Below, in pieces: positions 45,553 through 58,142 of a DNA stretch of 64,000 nt; within the stretch, counting starts at the first letter, position 1; each line of letters opens with the position of its first letter. The notes under the pieces are model-generated. The model was not told the DNA's origin. It made no database searches and saw only the letters and a list, made by a program, of their open reading frames with translations. The position numbers were made by a program, and so were the translations under genes. Source of the DNA: Podarcis muralis (lineage: Eukaryota); NCBI RefSeq assembly GCF_964188315.1, contig NC_135667.1, positions 26,102,001-26,166,000 on the forward strand, in the 5' to 3' direction.

Positions 45553-46290
45553 ATGCTATATTCTGAAAGATAATTGGAAAGTGATATGAAAGTGATAGCC
45601 ATTATACAATAGTTAAGTACCACTGAGTGAAGAAATGGAAGGGAGAGCAATATAATCTAGTCTTCAGTGCTCTCTCAACCAAAGAAAACTAAAAGCATTC
45701 AGTGTGACCAGATACTTCTTACTACTGAATAAAGTGAGGAATTGACAACCACACTTTTATTACAAAGCCTTACTTCCTGCAAATAATTAGCACTGAATGC
45801 AAATACCTTTATCATGAATGGTGAGGAGCTGAAGTTTGTATTGGGTGCAATTTCTGAGATGCTGGCCTTAGGAGCAAGTTGCATAGTCTGTTTTCTTCTA
45901 TCCCCATCTTCACAGACTTGATTGGAAGTTTCTTTCTCCATCACTGCTTTATTTATTTTAGCATCCCATGGCATGTTTCTCCTCTCAGGCTTTATCAGAA
46001 AGAAGAGGTCTCTAGCTGGTTGTTATATATTATTAGAAATCAAAGGTAAACATATTGACATATAGGGACTAATTGTCAGAGAGGGAACATTAGCTTGAAA
46101 TCTAGACCAAACTCACATGGGGATCATGCATCCCTAGTCACAGATGTGGGGCACTTTGGGGACTTCCTTTCTTAGAAATGTTCTTTAATGGTTCAGATTT
46201 TATTATGGGAAATAAAGCCCTAGCTCTTTTACTTATGGAGTTATAAGAACAGCATGAATCCATGCTGTTGATTTGGTCACTTAAAAAGTA

Positions 46291-46516
46291 CAGTGGTACC
46301 TCAGGTTAAGAACTTAATTCATTCTGGAGGTCTGTTCTTAACCTGAAACTGTTCTTAACCTGAAGCACCACTTTAGCTAATGGGGCCTCCTTCTGCCGCT
46401 GCACCACCACTGCACGATTTCTGTTCTCATCCTGAAGCAAAGTTCTTAACCTGAGGTAATATTTCTGGGTTAGCGGAGTCTGTAACCTGAAACATATGTA
46501 ACCCGAGGTACCACTG
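46291..46516. mobile_element. Tc1/mariner-superfamily MITE (same family as 2275)
   Basis: CAGTGGTACCTC...GAGGTACCACTG TIRs, TA TSD, empty paralogous site at about 42571 (AAAATG TA AGACT). Confidence 0.92.
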
Positions 46517-46659
46517 TAAGGCTATTTGAGTGGGATTGGGGTTACTTTATTTATGTGAGTTGGCCTTGGGTGGCATATATTTTCCTTTCCACTGCTGTGA
46601 ATCTTCCTTTTTGCCTTCAGAAATCATCTTTCTGCAGGGATTTCTTTAAAGGTGGTATC

Positions 46660-46666
<7 letters not shown>

Positions 46667-46712
<46 letters not shown>
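46667..46712. repeat. (CA)n microsatellite
   Basis: Directly visible. Confidence 0.95.
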
Positions 46713-46715
<3 letters not shown>

Positions 46716-47624
46716 TGTGAAGGGTATCTTATAATATGATGTGTTTGCAAGTGGCAATGATCTCCTAAAATTCCTGGGTGTCAGATTCTCTCCATAATTT
46801 CTGAAATTTGTTAATGTGGGCTTCAAAATCAAGTCAGCTTCCTCAGGAGCTGGGCTTAGAAAGGTGCCATCCAAAAATAAAGATCAGTCACAGCAGAATC
46901 ATTACCCTGACAAAATATGAGACAAGTGCCCTAGCTACTTCATTTGGTATCTGAACCACAAGCCAATATAGTGGTCATCCAGTATGAAAATTATATTCAA
47001 GAGTATCATATCCTTTGGAGATCCTTCAGAACATCCACAAGCTATTTCTTTCTTTCCTCTTTATAATAAATGTGATCCTTGATGCAACAAGTATTATATT
47101 ATGGAAGATGAGCAGACTTTATATTTGGGAACATCCATTTCCTTTATAATTGATATATTACCCATATACAGAGCTATAGCTAGGTGATCTTGCGCCCCTG
47201 GAAGAACCGTCCAGATTGCACCCCATAGCCATCGACAAATTAGCTCTTCTTTCTGCCTCTCCTCCATCCCCCTCCACCCATTCAATGCCTCACACACTTC
47301 ACCTTGTAATGAATTTTTATACAGAAAATCCAATATTTAATTTATTATTTCTTAATAAAAGGTTTTCGTGTGCGGTGAAGGACCCTCCAGCACAGCCAGC
47401 AAGTAGAGCACCTTCTTGCCCAGGGGCTGCCCCTTTTTGACTCCCCTTTACCCAGGAGAGCAATCACAAGGCCACTCAAACTTTCAGTTCCTAACTTAGC
47501 AGCGAAAGATTTTCCTCCACCTTTGAAAGAGAGTTACTGGCAGCTTCCTAACCCCTCTTGATTCCTCTGAGCAGCCAATGCCCCCCCCCCCAGTTTGACG
47601 GTTCAACGGCAGAGAGCTCTGCAC

Positions 47625-48100
47625 ACAGAGCAAATGGGCACCAAGACCATATAATACCAGTCCTGAAATGCCTACATTGGCTCCCAGTACATTTCCAAGC
47701 ACAATTCAAAGTGTTGGCTCTCACCTTTGAAGCCCTAAACAGCCTCAGCCCAGTATACCTGAAGGAGCCTCTCCAGCCCCATCGTTCAGCCCAGACACTG
47801 AGGTCCAGCTCTGAGGACCTTCTGGTGGTTCCCTCACTGCAAGATGTGAGGTTACAGGGAACCAGGCAGAGGCCTTCTCGGCCGTGGTGCCCGCTCTGTG
47901 GAATGCCCTCCCAGGAGATGTCAAGGAAATAAGCAACTATCTGACTTTTAGAAGACAACTGAAGGCAACCCTGTATCGGGAAATTTTTTATGTCTAATGC
48001 TTTACAAGTTTTTATGTGCTGCAAGCTGCCCGGAGTGGCTGGGGAATTGCAGCCAGATGGGTGGGTATAAATAATAAAATTAATATTATTGCTATTATTA
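47625..48100 (+). mobile_element. L2-clade LINE 3' fragment
   Basis: DHIIPVLKCLHWLPVHFQAQFKVLALTFEALN and the same 3' tail as the 26560 copy. Confidence 0.85.
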
Positions 48101-49457
48101 TGTCAAAGGCCTTGCTTCAACCATACAATAGAAGACTGAGAGATGTAACACTAATATGTAGAATATTTATATTGTTTAAACAACAAGAAAAGTACCTTCC
48201 TTTGTCCTTATGACTGAAACTCTGGCATTTTAACCAACTCAGCTAAGTAGTATGGCCCCAAAAGGCCAGGTAAGATTGCTGTGGGGACTAGATTTCTTAT
48301 GTGAGCCATTGGGTTGGCTATTCTAGCAGTGGGTATTGTAATATTTAAAATGGCTCTCCTTCATTACTTGCTCCTTGGTTGGGAACTGTTGTAAAACTGC
48401 CAAGTAAACAAAACCTGGCTCTCCTTCGGGAGGTGGTCCCTCTGGGTGGAAACATACATATCTATAAATCACTTCAGCATAGAAGCATGGGAGTATTGTT
48501 GTGATGATTTCATGTACCTCATTCAGGTATGTAAAAGATTTTGGGGGCTTGTTTCATTTTGTTTTTGTTTTTTAATGGTGCTTAGGCACAAATGAGAACA
48601 AGGAACTCAATGTCTTCATAAACCATTAAATCCACTCCTGTATGTGTGTGCATATGGGAAATGTTTTGCAAATTCATGCTTTTTTCTCCCTGCAGTATAC
48701 AGCAAGGATGCGCTAAATATTCATCACTGGTAAATTAGACAATTACAACATATCTCTTTGTTCTGTTAGGAGTTGGAGTGTCAACCACACCATAATTGAG
48801 AGTTTCACTTCCATGAGGTGTGATTTCTCTGTTTCTTCTCCAATCAATATCCACTATTTAGGTAAGGAGAAAGCAACTTCACTTAACTACATGGTAAACA
48901 CATTAGTTTTCTATTAGGTGATAAAGATATGTAAATAATCTTCCCGCCTTATTCCTCCAATTAAAAAGTAATTTAAATTAAGATATTTCAGAAGTAGGAA
49001 TGTTATCTCTGTGCAACTTGAGAAATAACTTGAAAGGTTGCTGGCCCCTTTAATGAAGGAGGTTTGTCTAATAATACTTTGCTTGTCTACATAAGTATTT
49101 TTGCATCCTTTTTGTTGTATCTTATGCTAATATTCTCTTAAATTTAGCTTTTAGAATGTGTGGATTAAATTGATCATTGAGAATTCCATTATGAACTGAC
49201 CGGGTGGATCAGAAATTAGTTATCCAGTGGATTTCACACTGCATGAAAGTCCCACATTTAAATATGTCTATTTTCAGGGATGGGGGAATCATTGTGAAGT
49301 GTGTGTTTTGAGATTTGAGAGAAATATATTTTAAATTTTATGTTTCACTCATGTTTTGTGAATAAGTCTTTTAACCTAAACTAGCTGGGGGAAAGCCCCA
49401 TTTGTACATAGAAAAAGTTTATTTAATAACAATTTTACTTATTTCTAGATTCATTCT

Positions 49458-50411
49458 ATGGAAAAGAAGGTATTGGAAAACCAAACAGTGGTTACAGAAT
49501 TTATCCTTCTGGGGTTTGGAGATATCCCAGCTGTCCAGGTCTTGCTTTTTCTGATGGTCCTGATAATCTACATTATCACCATGGTTGGAAACATCCTCAT
49601 TGTCACACTTGTTATGGCTGATCAGCATCTGCACACACCAATGTACTACTTCCTAGGGAATCTGTCGTGCTTGGAGACTTGCTACAGCTCAACAATCTTG
49701 CCCAGAATGCTGGCCAGTTTTGTGACTGGAAACAGATCAATTTCTTTCAATGGCTGTTTTTTACAGATGTACTTTTTTGGTTCACTAGCTGCAACAGAAT
49801 GTTTCCTCTTATCTGCCATGTCATATGATCGATATTTGGCCATATGCAAACCTTTGCACTACACAACCATTATGAGCAACAGGGATTGCCTCTGTTTGAT
49901 GATTGGGTCCTGGATAAGTGGCTTTCTAGGAAATACTGTATTATTTCCTTTGTTGCAGTTGACATTCTGTGGGGAAAACGAAATAGATCATTTCTTTTGT
50001 GACTTCAACCCCTTGCTAAAATTGGCTTGCAGTGATACTCACAAAATCATAATTGTTGCTTTCATGATGGCTTGCATTTTCACACTACCTCCCTTTTTTC
50101 TGACGGTGACATCTTATGCTTGTATCATAGCCACTGTCTTGAGAATCCCTTCTTCCACAGGAAGGAAAAAGGCTTTCTCTACCTGCTCATCCCATCTCAT
50201 TGTGGTCACCATTTTCTATGGCACCCTGATGATTGTATACATGCTGCCTGACACTCAGTTGCTGGGAGATTTGAACAAAGTTTTCTCTGCCTTTTACACT
50301 GTCTTTACTCCAATGGTCAATCCCCTGATCTATAGCCTGCGAAATAAAGAGGTGAAAGAAGCCTTAAGGAAAATTCAAGCAAAAATAATTCAGGCTAGAT
50401 TTCTAAGATAA
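49458..50411 (+). CDS. Olfactory receptor, class II (OR11/OR6-like group), 317 aa
   Basis: Intact ORF: NQT, LHTPMYYFLGNLSCLE, MSYDRYLAICKPLHY, HFFCD, KAFSTCSSHL, NPLIYSLRNKEVK. Confidence 0.97.
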   Translation: MEKKVLENQTVVTEFILLGFGDIPAVQVLLFLMVLIIYIITMVGNILIVTLVMADQHLHTPMYYFLGNLSCLETCYSSTILPRMLASFVTGNRSISFNGCFLQMYFFGSLAATECFLLSAMSYDRYLAICKPLHYTTIMSNRDCLCLMIGSWISGFLGNTVLFPLLQLTFCGENEIDHFFCDFNPLLKLACSDTHKIIIVAFMMACIFTLPPFFLTVTSYACIIATVLRIPSSTGRKKAFSTCSSHLIVVTIFYGTLMIVYMLPDTQLLGDLNKVFSAFYTVFTPMVNPLIYSLRNKEVKEALRKIQAKIIQARFLR

Positions 50412-50508
50412 AACAGTGTGTGTCAATGAATATTTGGTTTCTTCAGAATTGTATCCATTGCTGCTGTAGTGATGTAATAGTTATATTTGCACTGTAGTAG
50501 TTCCTAAG

Positions 50509-50853
50509 GGACGCGGGTGGTGCTGTGGGTTAAACCACAGAGCCTAGGGCTTGCTGATCAGAAGGTTAGCAGTTTGAATCCCCACGACAGGGTGAGCTCC
50601 CGTTGCTCAGTCACTGCTCCTGCCAACCTAGCAGTTCGAAAGCATGAAGTGCAAGTAGATAAATAGGTACTGCTCCAGCAGGAAGGTAAATGGTGTTTCT
50701 GTGCACTGCTCTGGTTCACCAGAAGCGGCTTAGTCATGCTGGCCGCATGCTGTACGCTGGCTCCCTCAGCCAATAAAGTGAGATGAGCGCCGCAACCCCA
50801 GAGTTGTCTGTGACTGGACCTAATGGTCAGGGGTCTCTTTACCTTTACCTTTT
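50509..50853 (+). mobile_element. Full-length Sauria SINE
   Basis: tRNA-like head, (ACCTTT)n tail, 11-bp TSD TAGTTCCTAAG at 50498-50508 and 50854-50864. Confidence 0.95.
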
Positions 50854-50877
50854 TAGTTCCTAAGACATCATAGGTTT

Positions 50878-50898
50878 TCTATCATCTATCTACCTATC

Positions 50899-50937
<39 letters not shown>

Positions 50938-50965
50938 GTCTAGCGTCTAGCGTCTATCATCTGTC
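50878..50965. repeat. (TCTA)n microsatellite with degenerate flanks
   Basis: Directly visible. Confidence 0.9.
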
Positions 50966-51852
50966 TATTTATCACCTTCACTTCCATTTCACATGTATAG
51001 AGCATTTCAGGTGCACACCAGTTCCTCCACATCTGACACCCCATGAAATAGTCATACAAGGAAAGTTATGTACAATGTAGTAGGTCCCTCCTCCGGCCAA
51101 ATACTCCACAGTGATTATTTGTACATGCATAGTCGCTGAAAAATACTTTATTCACTCAATGTAGTGTTCTCCAGACATTGCTGAACTCCAGTTCCACAAC
51201 TAATGCAGAGCCGCAGAGCAGAAAGATCCCAGCCAGTCTTGCCCAAATTCATGTTGGGATATGGAGAAAAGTGTGAGCATAGGGTGCTAAAGGCAGGAGT
51301 GGGTGAATACGTAAATTTCAGTTTCTCTTGTTTCTCATTTTTTCCACTTTTCAGTTTTCTAGATTTCCACATCAGCTTGCAATTTTATTTTATATTTAAA
51401 AATCCCTCGTGAAAATTCACCAGCGTTTTTGTGATTATTTCTCCTGAAATATTTTGAAAAGCAATTTCCCCAAATAAAATGCAATTCAATGTTATTTTGA
51501 CTAACTCAATGCATTTTTATGCACACTTCACCCTAGTGTTTTTGTGATCATTGCTTCACTAAAGAATTGCAAAATTAGAGAAGGAGCAATGTCAAAGGCT
51601 GGCTGCAAGCCATTTCACATATTGTTGTGGGAAGTGCAAATTACGTAGGTTCCCTTTAAATGCAAACTTACTCATCCCCACCCCACAGCCCTACTTACTG
51701 GTCAACACCAGCACCTTGGAAATGAACAGACATTCAGCGGTGATTGTTAAAAACTGGTTATGAAACATTTCCCATCTCAGTCAAATTTATTGTGCTATTT
51801 GAAGTTATAAAACTACATTCCAGGGCAGGCCCATGTACATTGCAGTAGTAGT

Positions 51853-52666
51853 GACAGATTAGAGAACTGGGCCAAAACAAACAAGATAAATTTTAACAGG
51901 GAGAAATGTAAAGTATTGCACTTGGGCAAAAAAAATGTGAGGCACAAATACAAGATGGGTGACACCTGGCTTGAGAGCAGTACATGTGAAAAGGATCTAG
52001 GAGTCTTGGTTGACCACAAACTTGACGTGAGCCAACAGTGTGACGCGGCAGCTAAAAAAGCCAATGCAATTCTGGGCTGCATCAATAGGAGTATAGCATC
52101 TAGATCAAGGGAAGTAATAGTGCCACTGTATTCTGCTCTGGTCAGACCTCACCTGGAGTACTGTGTCCAGTTCTGGGCACCACAGTTCAAGAAGGACACT
52201 GACAAACTGGAACGTGTCCAGAGGAGGGCAACCAAAATGGTCAAAGGCCTGGAAATGATGCCTTATGAGGAACGGCTAAGGGAGCTGGGCATGTTTAGCC
52301 TGGAGAAGAGGAGGTTAAGGGGTGATATGATAGCCATGTTCAAATATATAAAAGGATGTCACATAGAGGAGGGAGAAAGGTTGTTTTCTGCTGCTCCAGA
52401 GAACCGGACACGGAGCAATGGATCCAAACTACAAGAAAGAAGATTCCACCTAAACATTAGGAAGAACTTCCTGACAGTAAGAGCTGTTCGACAGTGGAAT
52501 TTGCTGCCAAGGAGTGTGGTGGAGTCTCCATCTTTGGAGGTCTTTAAGCAGAGGCTTGACAACCATATGTCAGGAGTGCTCTGATGGTGTTTCCTGCTTG
52601 GCAGGGGGTTGGACTCGATGGCCCTTGTGGTCTCTTCCAACTCTATGATTCTATTCTATGATTCTA
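51853..52666 (+). mobile_element. CR1 LINE 3' fragment
   Basis: [11 protein letters not shown]...CEKDLGV...[19 protein letters not shown]...LEKRRLRGD...QWNLLP, with a (TATGATTC/ATTCT)n tail. Confidence 0.95.
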
Positions 52667-52791
52667 GTATAACCAAGGGGTTGGGGGAGAACGAATCACT
52701 GAGCTTTACTGCTGGTTATTAATCTGTAACCAATTAGCAAAGATTTATGTAGTTCTTATGGATCACTAATGGAAAAGCAGAAGAAAAAGAG

Positions 52792-54268
52792 TGCAAATAA
52801 CAAGGCCAGTGGAAGTGATGGTATTCCAGCTGAAATATTTAAAATTTTAAAAGATGAGGCTGTTAAGGTGCTACACTCAATATGCCAGCAAGTTTGGAAA
52901 ACTCAGCAGTGGCCAGATGATTGGAGAAGATCAGTCTACATCCCAATCCCAAAGAAGGGCAATGCCAAAGAATGCTCCAACTACCACACAATTGTACTCA
53001 TTTCACACGCCAGCAAGGTTATGCTTAAAATTCTACAAGGAAGGCTCAAGCAGTATGTGGACCGAGAACTTCCAGAAGTGCAAGCTGGATTTAGAAGAGG
53101 CAGAGGAACCAGAGACCAAATTGCAAACATGCGCTGGATTATGGAGAAAGCTAGAGAGTTCTAGAAAGACATCTACTTCTGCTTCATTGACTATGCAAAA
53201 GCCTTTGACTGTGTCGACCCCAGCAAACTATGGCAAGTTCTTAAAGAAATGGGAGTGCCTGATCACCTCATCTGTCTCCTGAGAAATCTCTATGTGGGAC
53301 AAGATGCTACAGTTAGAACTGGATATGGAACAACTGATTGGTTCAAAATTGGGAAAGGAGTACGACATGGCTATATATTGTCTCCCTGCTTATTTAACTT
53401 ATATGCAGAATTCATCATGCGAAAGGCTGGGCTGGATGAATCCCAAGCCGGAATTAAGATTGCCGGAAGAAATATCAACAACCTCAGATATGCAGATGAC
53501 ACAACCTTGATGGCAGAAAGTGAGGAGGAATTAAAGAAACTTTTATAATGAGGGTGAAAGAGGAGAGCGCAAAATATGGTCTGAAGCTCAACATCAAAAA
53601 AACGAAGATCATGGCCACTGGGCCCATCACCTCCTGGCAAATAGAAGGGGAAGAAATGGAGGCAGTGAGAGATTTTACTTTCTTGGGCTCCATGATCACT
53701 GCAGATGGTGACAGCAGCCACAAAATTAAAAGACGTTTGCTTCTTGGGAGAAAAGCAATGACAAACCTAGACAGCATCTTAAAAAGTAGAGACATCACCT
53801 TGCCAACAAAGGTCCGTATAGTAAAAGCTATCGTTTTCCCGGTAGTGATGTATGGAAGTGAGAGCTGGACCATAAAGAAGGCTGATCGCCAAAGAATTGA
53901 TGCTTTTGAATTCTGGTGCTGGAGGAGACTCTTGAGAGTCCCATGGACTGCAAGGAGATCAAATTGATCCATTCTTAAGGAAATCAGCCCTGAGTGCTCA
54001 CTGGAAGGACAGATTGTGAAGCTGAGGCTCCAATACTTTGGCCACCTCATGAGAAGAGAAGATTCCTGGGAAAGACCCTGATGTTGGGAAAGATGGAGAG
54101 CACAAGGAGAAGGGGACGACAGAGGACGAGATGGTTGGATAATGTTCTCGAAGCTAGCAGCATGAGTTTGACCAAACTGCCGGAGGCAGTGGAAGACAGA
54201 AGTGCCTGGCGTGCTCTGGTCCATGGGGTCATGAAGAGTCGGACACGACTAAACGACTAAACAACAAC
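52792..54268 (+). mobile_element. BovB (RTE clade) LINE, 5'-truncated
   Basis: NKASGSDGIPAE...WRRSVYIPIPKKG...GFRRGRGTRDQI...NLRYADDTTL...CWRRLLRVPW, with a CGACTAAAC(AAC)n tail. It carries several stops and frameshifts. Confidence 0.95.
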
Positions 54269-54569
54269 ATGTGCACATTTGGTTGTATCCTTGGAGCAAT
54301 TCTTGAATGGTTCAGACTCCCAGCAGTTCTGTTATTAAACCTGAAAGCAATGAAAGGGGATGCGGTAGAAGCATCATTTCCAAGTTGCTGCCAGCACAAA
54401 TCAATGCTCTTTCTATGTTCCTTGATCCTTTTCACTGTGGATGCTAGAACCACACAGTTTATTGTAGATACACAGTTTATTTGGGCCTAAAGTGCAGTTG
54501 GCCTGTCACTTATGCAAGAATTCCATTCTTGGGGTACAGATGCAAAGACAAAATCATGCAAAGTCAGGA

Positions 54570-57130
54570 ACCGCCCAGAACCATACCTCTATAAGGTGGA
54601 GGGCTCCTTCCATGACCTTCCCAGAGCCCCGGAAGGGCGCAACTCCTATTCTTTTATAAAAGGGGTTGGGGTGAATAGTGAGGGGAGGGGAGGCTTGGAG
54701 CAAGCTGTGCGGGTGATGAGCTGTGAGGGGATAGGGGAAGGGTGGATGATTTGTAATGGAAAGTAGATTTAGTCAGGTGTAAAAGTATGCACATACAGTT
54801 ACACATTTGCAGACTCATTGTAGGCCTGCAATTGAAGTCACATAATTCAGTCTCCACCTCCCCAGAATGATACTGATTGGTGAGCCAAAATGGGCTACTG
54901 ACCATAGTTTCTTACAGCAGATGACCGTTGTGAAACAAATGAGAAGGAAATGATCTTATAATGTAAATAAGACAAATGGAATTGAAAATGGTATTTCAAA
55001 GTGGGAGGAAGTCATTGAACAACTTTTATAACTTATTCAATTAACTTTTATTGCTGGAAAATGAAACAAAAGTTTGTGTAATAGAGAACAGGATGTAAAC
55101 TTTATTAGAAACCCCCAAGGTTCCTTCACAATCCTGTTCCTTAGGGGCACACAGAAGTCTGAGATATGCCTCTGAAATCAGTCTGCACATCCTATAGACA
55201 GGTGATATCTGTGAGCGGAAAGTGGTGAGAGTAAGAGAGACTGAATATTGTTCACTCTTCAGTATTTTTTAATCAGAAATGTACTTGGAAATGAAAGGAA
55301 ATTCCCCTGTTTTAGAAAAATTATTTTATATTATTATTTTCTTCTTCATTTGAACAGTTAGGTGTGGAAGAACCACCAGACCCATCCACGTTTCCATCTC
55401 TTTCAAGATTTTATTTTGCTTCACTAAGAAATTTCAGCTGGCATTTCCTGCACTGGTGTTTATTTGTGTTCATTATGCTGGTAAGTGAGACTCTTTACTA
55501 CAAAAAAATTAACAAGAGAAAGAACCAAGACTGTTTTTCTCTATAGAAAGATCCACTGTATTTTGACTTCAACTTGATCTACAATGCAGTTCTATTTACT
55601 GTCTACTCAGAAGTAAGTCCCACCACGTTCAAAGGGACCTACTCAAGTATGTGTGTATAAGATTAAAATGTTTATATGATAATTAAAACTGCATGAATGC
55701 CTACACAATAAGCTTTCTATGTAAGAGTGAGATTTATTAATTTATTGCTATCATGTTGGTTTCTCAGTGATAAAATGTATAAGGAAACAATCATGTATTA
55801 AGCACCACCATATGGCAGTAACTTCAAAGACAGAATCACCATGGTCTTTAAACCTCCCTTGTTGAAATAAGTGTGACTGAAAAGCCTTTAATTTGGGGTA
55901 GACCATGTTCATACTTTTAAATTTTTTTTTTTATTTTAAATAACTACTTTCAAATTTATTTATTTGGAACAGTTTTCAAAGGGAACACATCTTTTCCATT
56001 GAAATAAAATGGCACTAAAAAAAGCCAGATTATGCAACATTAAAAATAAGAGTCATTACATTCTGCAATTAATCTTTTCCACCAAAATTCAGTGCTGTAT
56101 TGTCTGGTTGTTGTTGGGTTTTTGTTTTGTTTTTTGTTCACTTAATTTAGATCACTTGAAGTTATATTTATCACAACAGCAGAAATGTTATTTCTTCCAG
56201 CAGTTTTGTGCTAATATGAAAAGAATGCCCCACTATGCAATAACTCACTCCATGTGAACAAATTGCACTGTGATCACTGAGGCTACGTAGAGTAGAGCTA
56301 TTTAAAACAGCCCTGATGTTGCAACGTTAATGTGCTAATCTTGACAATTGTTCCATGAAATCTTTGGATGTGGCTATTCAGAGAAACGACTTGTTACCAT
56401 GTGGCTGCCCAAAGCTCGAGTGGTTTTCTGTCAACTCTTTCACAGAAGCCATCTCTAAATGGTTTCTGTCCTGTGTTCTCCAGAGCAGCCTTCCCAAACC
56501 TTGTCATTTCCACATGCTGTTGGACAGCAAATCTTATAATCTCTAACCATGCCAATGCTGGCTGGGGCTAATAGGAATTTTGTCTGAAACATCATGAAGG
56601 CATCATGTTGACTAAGATTGTGAAACTTTTGGTTTGTGACAGTTTGAAGACTACATACAATACTAAATAAAATGCAATCTCACAGTGCTTTCTTGCTGCT
56701 TTTACTGTCAGCAGTAAATATGCAAATACTTTATTACTGCTTCATTGATTGGAATTATTTCTTCCTAAGTTATTTTAAGGGACGCAGGTGGCGGTGGCGC
56801 TGTGGTCTAAACCACAGAGCCTGGGGCTTGCCAATTGGAAGGTTGGCAGTTCAAATCCCCGTGACGGGGTGAGCTCCCGTTGCTCAGTCCAAGCTCCTGC
56901 CCACCCAGCAATTCAAAAGCACGTCAAGTGCAAGTAGATAAATAGGTACTGCTCCAGTGGGAAGGTAAACGGCATTTCTGGTTCACCAGAAGCAGCTTAA
57001 TCATGCTGGCCACATGACCCAGAAGCTGTCTATGGACAAACGCCGGCTCCCTCGGCCTGGGAGCGAGATGAGCACCACAACCCCAGAGTCGTCCTTGACT
57101 GGACCTAATGGTCAGGGTTACCCTTACCTA
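54570..57130 (+). repeat. Segmental duplication paralogous to 60790-64000 (offset about 6.9 kb)
   Basis: Near-identical collinear sequence, including the terminal Sauria SINE. Confidence 0.92.
56779..57126 (+). mobile_element. Full-length Sauria SINE
   Basis: GGGACGCAGGTGGCG head; TSD of about 15 bp, CCTA(A/T)GTTATTTTA(A/G). Confidence 0.92.
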
Positions 57131-57197
57131 TGTTATTTTAGGCTTTCTTTAACACATTTTGCATTCTTTTCTTCTTCCAGAAGAGTGAAACAAGAGC

Positions 57198-58142
57198 ATG
57201 AATGCTACAAGAGAGAATGGATTTGTCCTCTTGGGTTTAATGAATCATCCTGACCTGCAGCTGTTTTTGTTCATTTTCTTTCTATTGGTTTACATAATAA
57301 TAATGTTGGGGAACATGCTCATTTTCATCATAGTCATAGCAGATCCATCACTTCACACACCAATGTATTTCTTTCTGAAGGTCTTGTCTTTCCTGGACAT
57401 TTGCTACTCTTCGGTGACCCTCCCCCTAATGCTGGTTAATTTCCTATCAGAGAACAAGCGAATTTCCTACACTGGATGTGCCACACAAATGTTCTTCTTG
57501 CTTTTCTTAGGGGCATCAGAATGCTTCCTCCTGGCTTTTATGGCCTATGACCGTTACGTGGCCATATGCAAACCACTGAGATACATGATCATCATGAACC
57601 AGAAAGTTTGCCTTTCACTGACTGTCCTCTCATGGTTTATGGGCAACTTGGTGTCTCTGCTTCAGACAGCTTGGGTCTTCACTCTGCCATTCTGTGGATC
57701 AAACAAAATTAATTATTTTTTCTGTGATATCCCACCACTCATGAAGCTTTCATGCATTGACACTTCTTTGTATGAAATGCAGCTCTTTACAGCTGCCATC
57801 CTAGTTATTTTCACCCCCTTTTCCCTTATCATTGTGTCCTACTCTCTGATTATTTCCAATGTCCTGAAGATGACATCCTCGGAAGGGCGCCAGAAAGCTT
57901 TCTCCACCTGCTCTTCTCATGTCTTGGTGGTGACCCTGTACTATGGGAGTGGCAGCTTGATTTATCTAAGGCCCAAATCACTTAATGCTCAGGATAGTGA
58001 AAAATACTTGGCTTTAGTGTACACCACCATCACGCCCATGCTGAACCCTATTATCTATGCCCTAAGGAATAAGGAGGTAAATGGTGCTATTAAGAGGATG
58101 GTGACCAGGACCAGGAACAGAGAATTATTTTTTCACAGATGA
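57198..58142 (+). CDS. Olfactory receptor, class II (OR10A-like), 314 aa
   Basis: Intact ORF: NAT, LHTPMYFFL, MAYDRYVAICKPL, FFCDIPPLMKLSC, KAFSTCSSH, PMLNPIIYALRNKEV. Confidence 0.97.
   Translation: MNATRENGFVLLGLMNHPDLQLFLFIFFLLVYIIIMLGNMLIFIIVIADPSLHTPMYFFLKVLSFLDICYSSVTLPLMLVNFLSENKRISYTGCATQMFFLLFLGASECFLLAFMAYDRYVAICKPLRYMIIMNQKVCLSLTVLSWFMGNLVSLLQTAWVFTLPFCGSNKINYFFCDIPPLMKLSCIDTSLYEMQLFTAAILVIFTPFSLIIVSYSLIISNVLKMTSSEGRQKAFSTCSSHVLVVTLYYGSGSLIYLRPKSLNAQDSEKYLALVYTTITPMLNPIIYALRNKEVNGAIKRMVTRTRNRELFFHR

Noticed and set aside
47260-47560. Possible LTR-like segment with AATAAA
   Set aside because: No TG...CA termini or TSD found.
53484-54224. 246-aa minus-strand ORF
   Set aside because: Shadow ORF antisense to the BovB RT.
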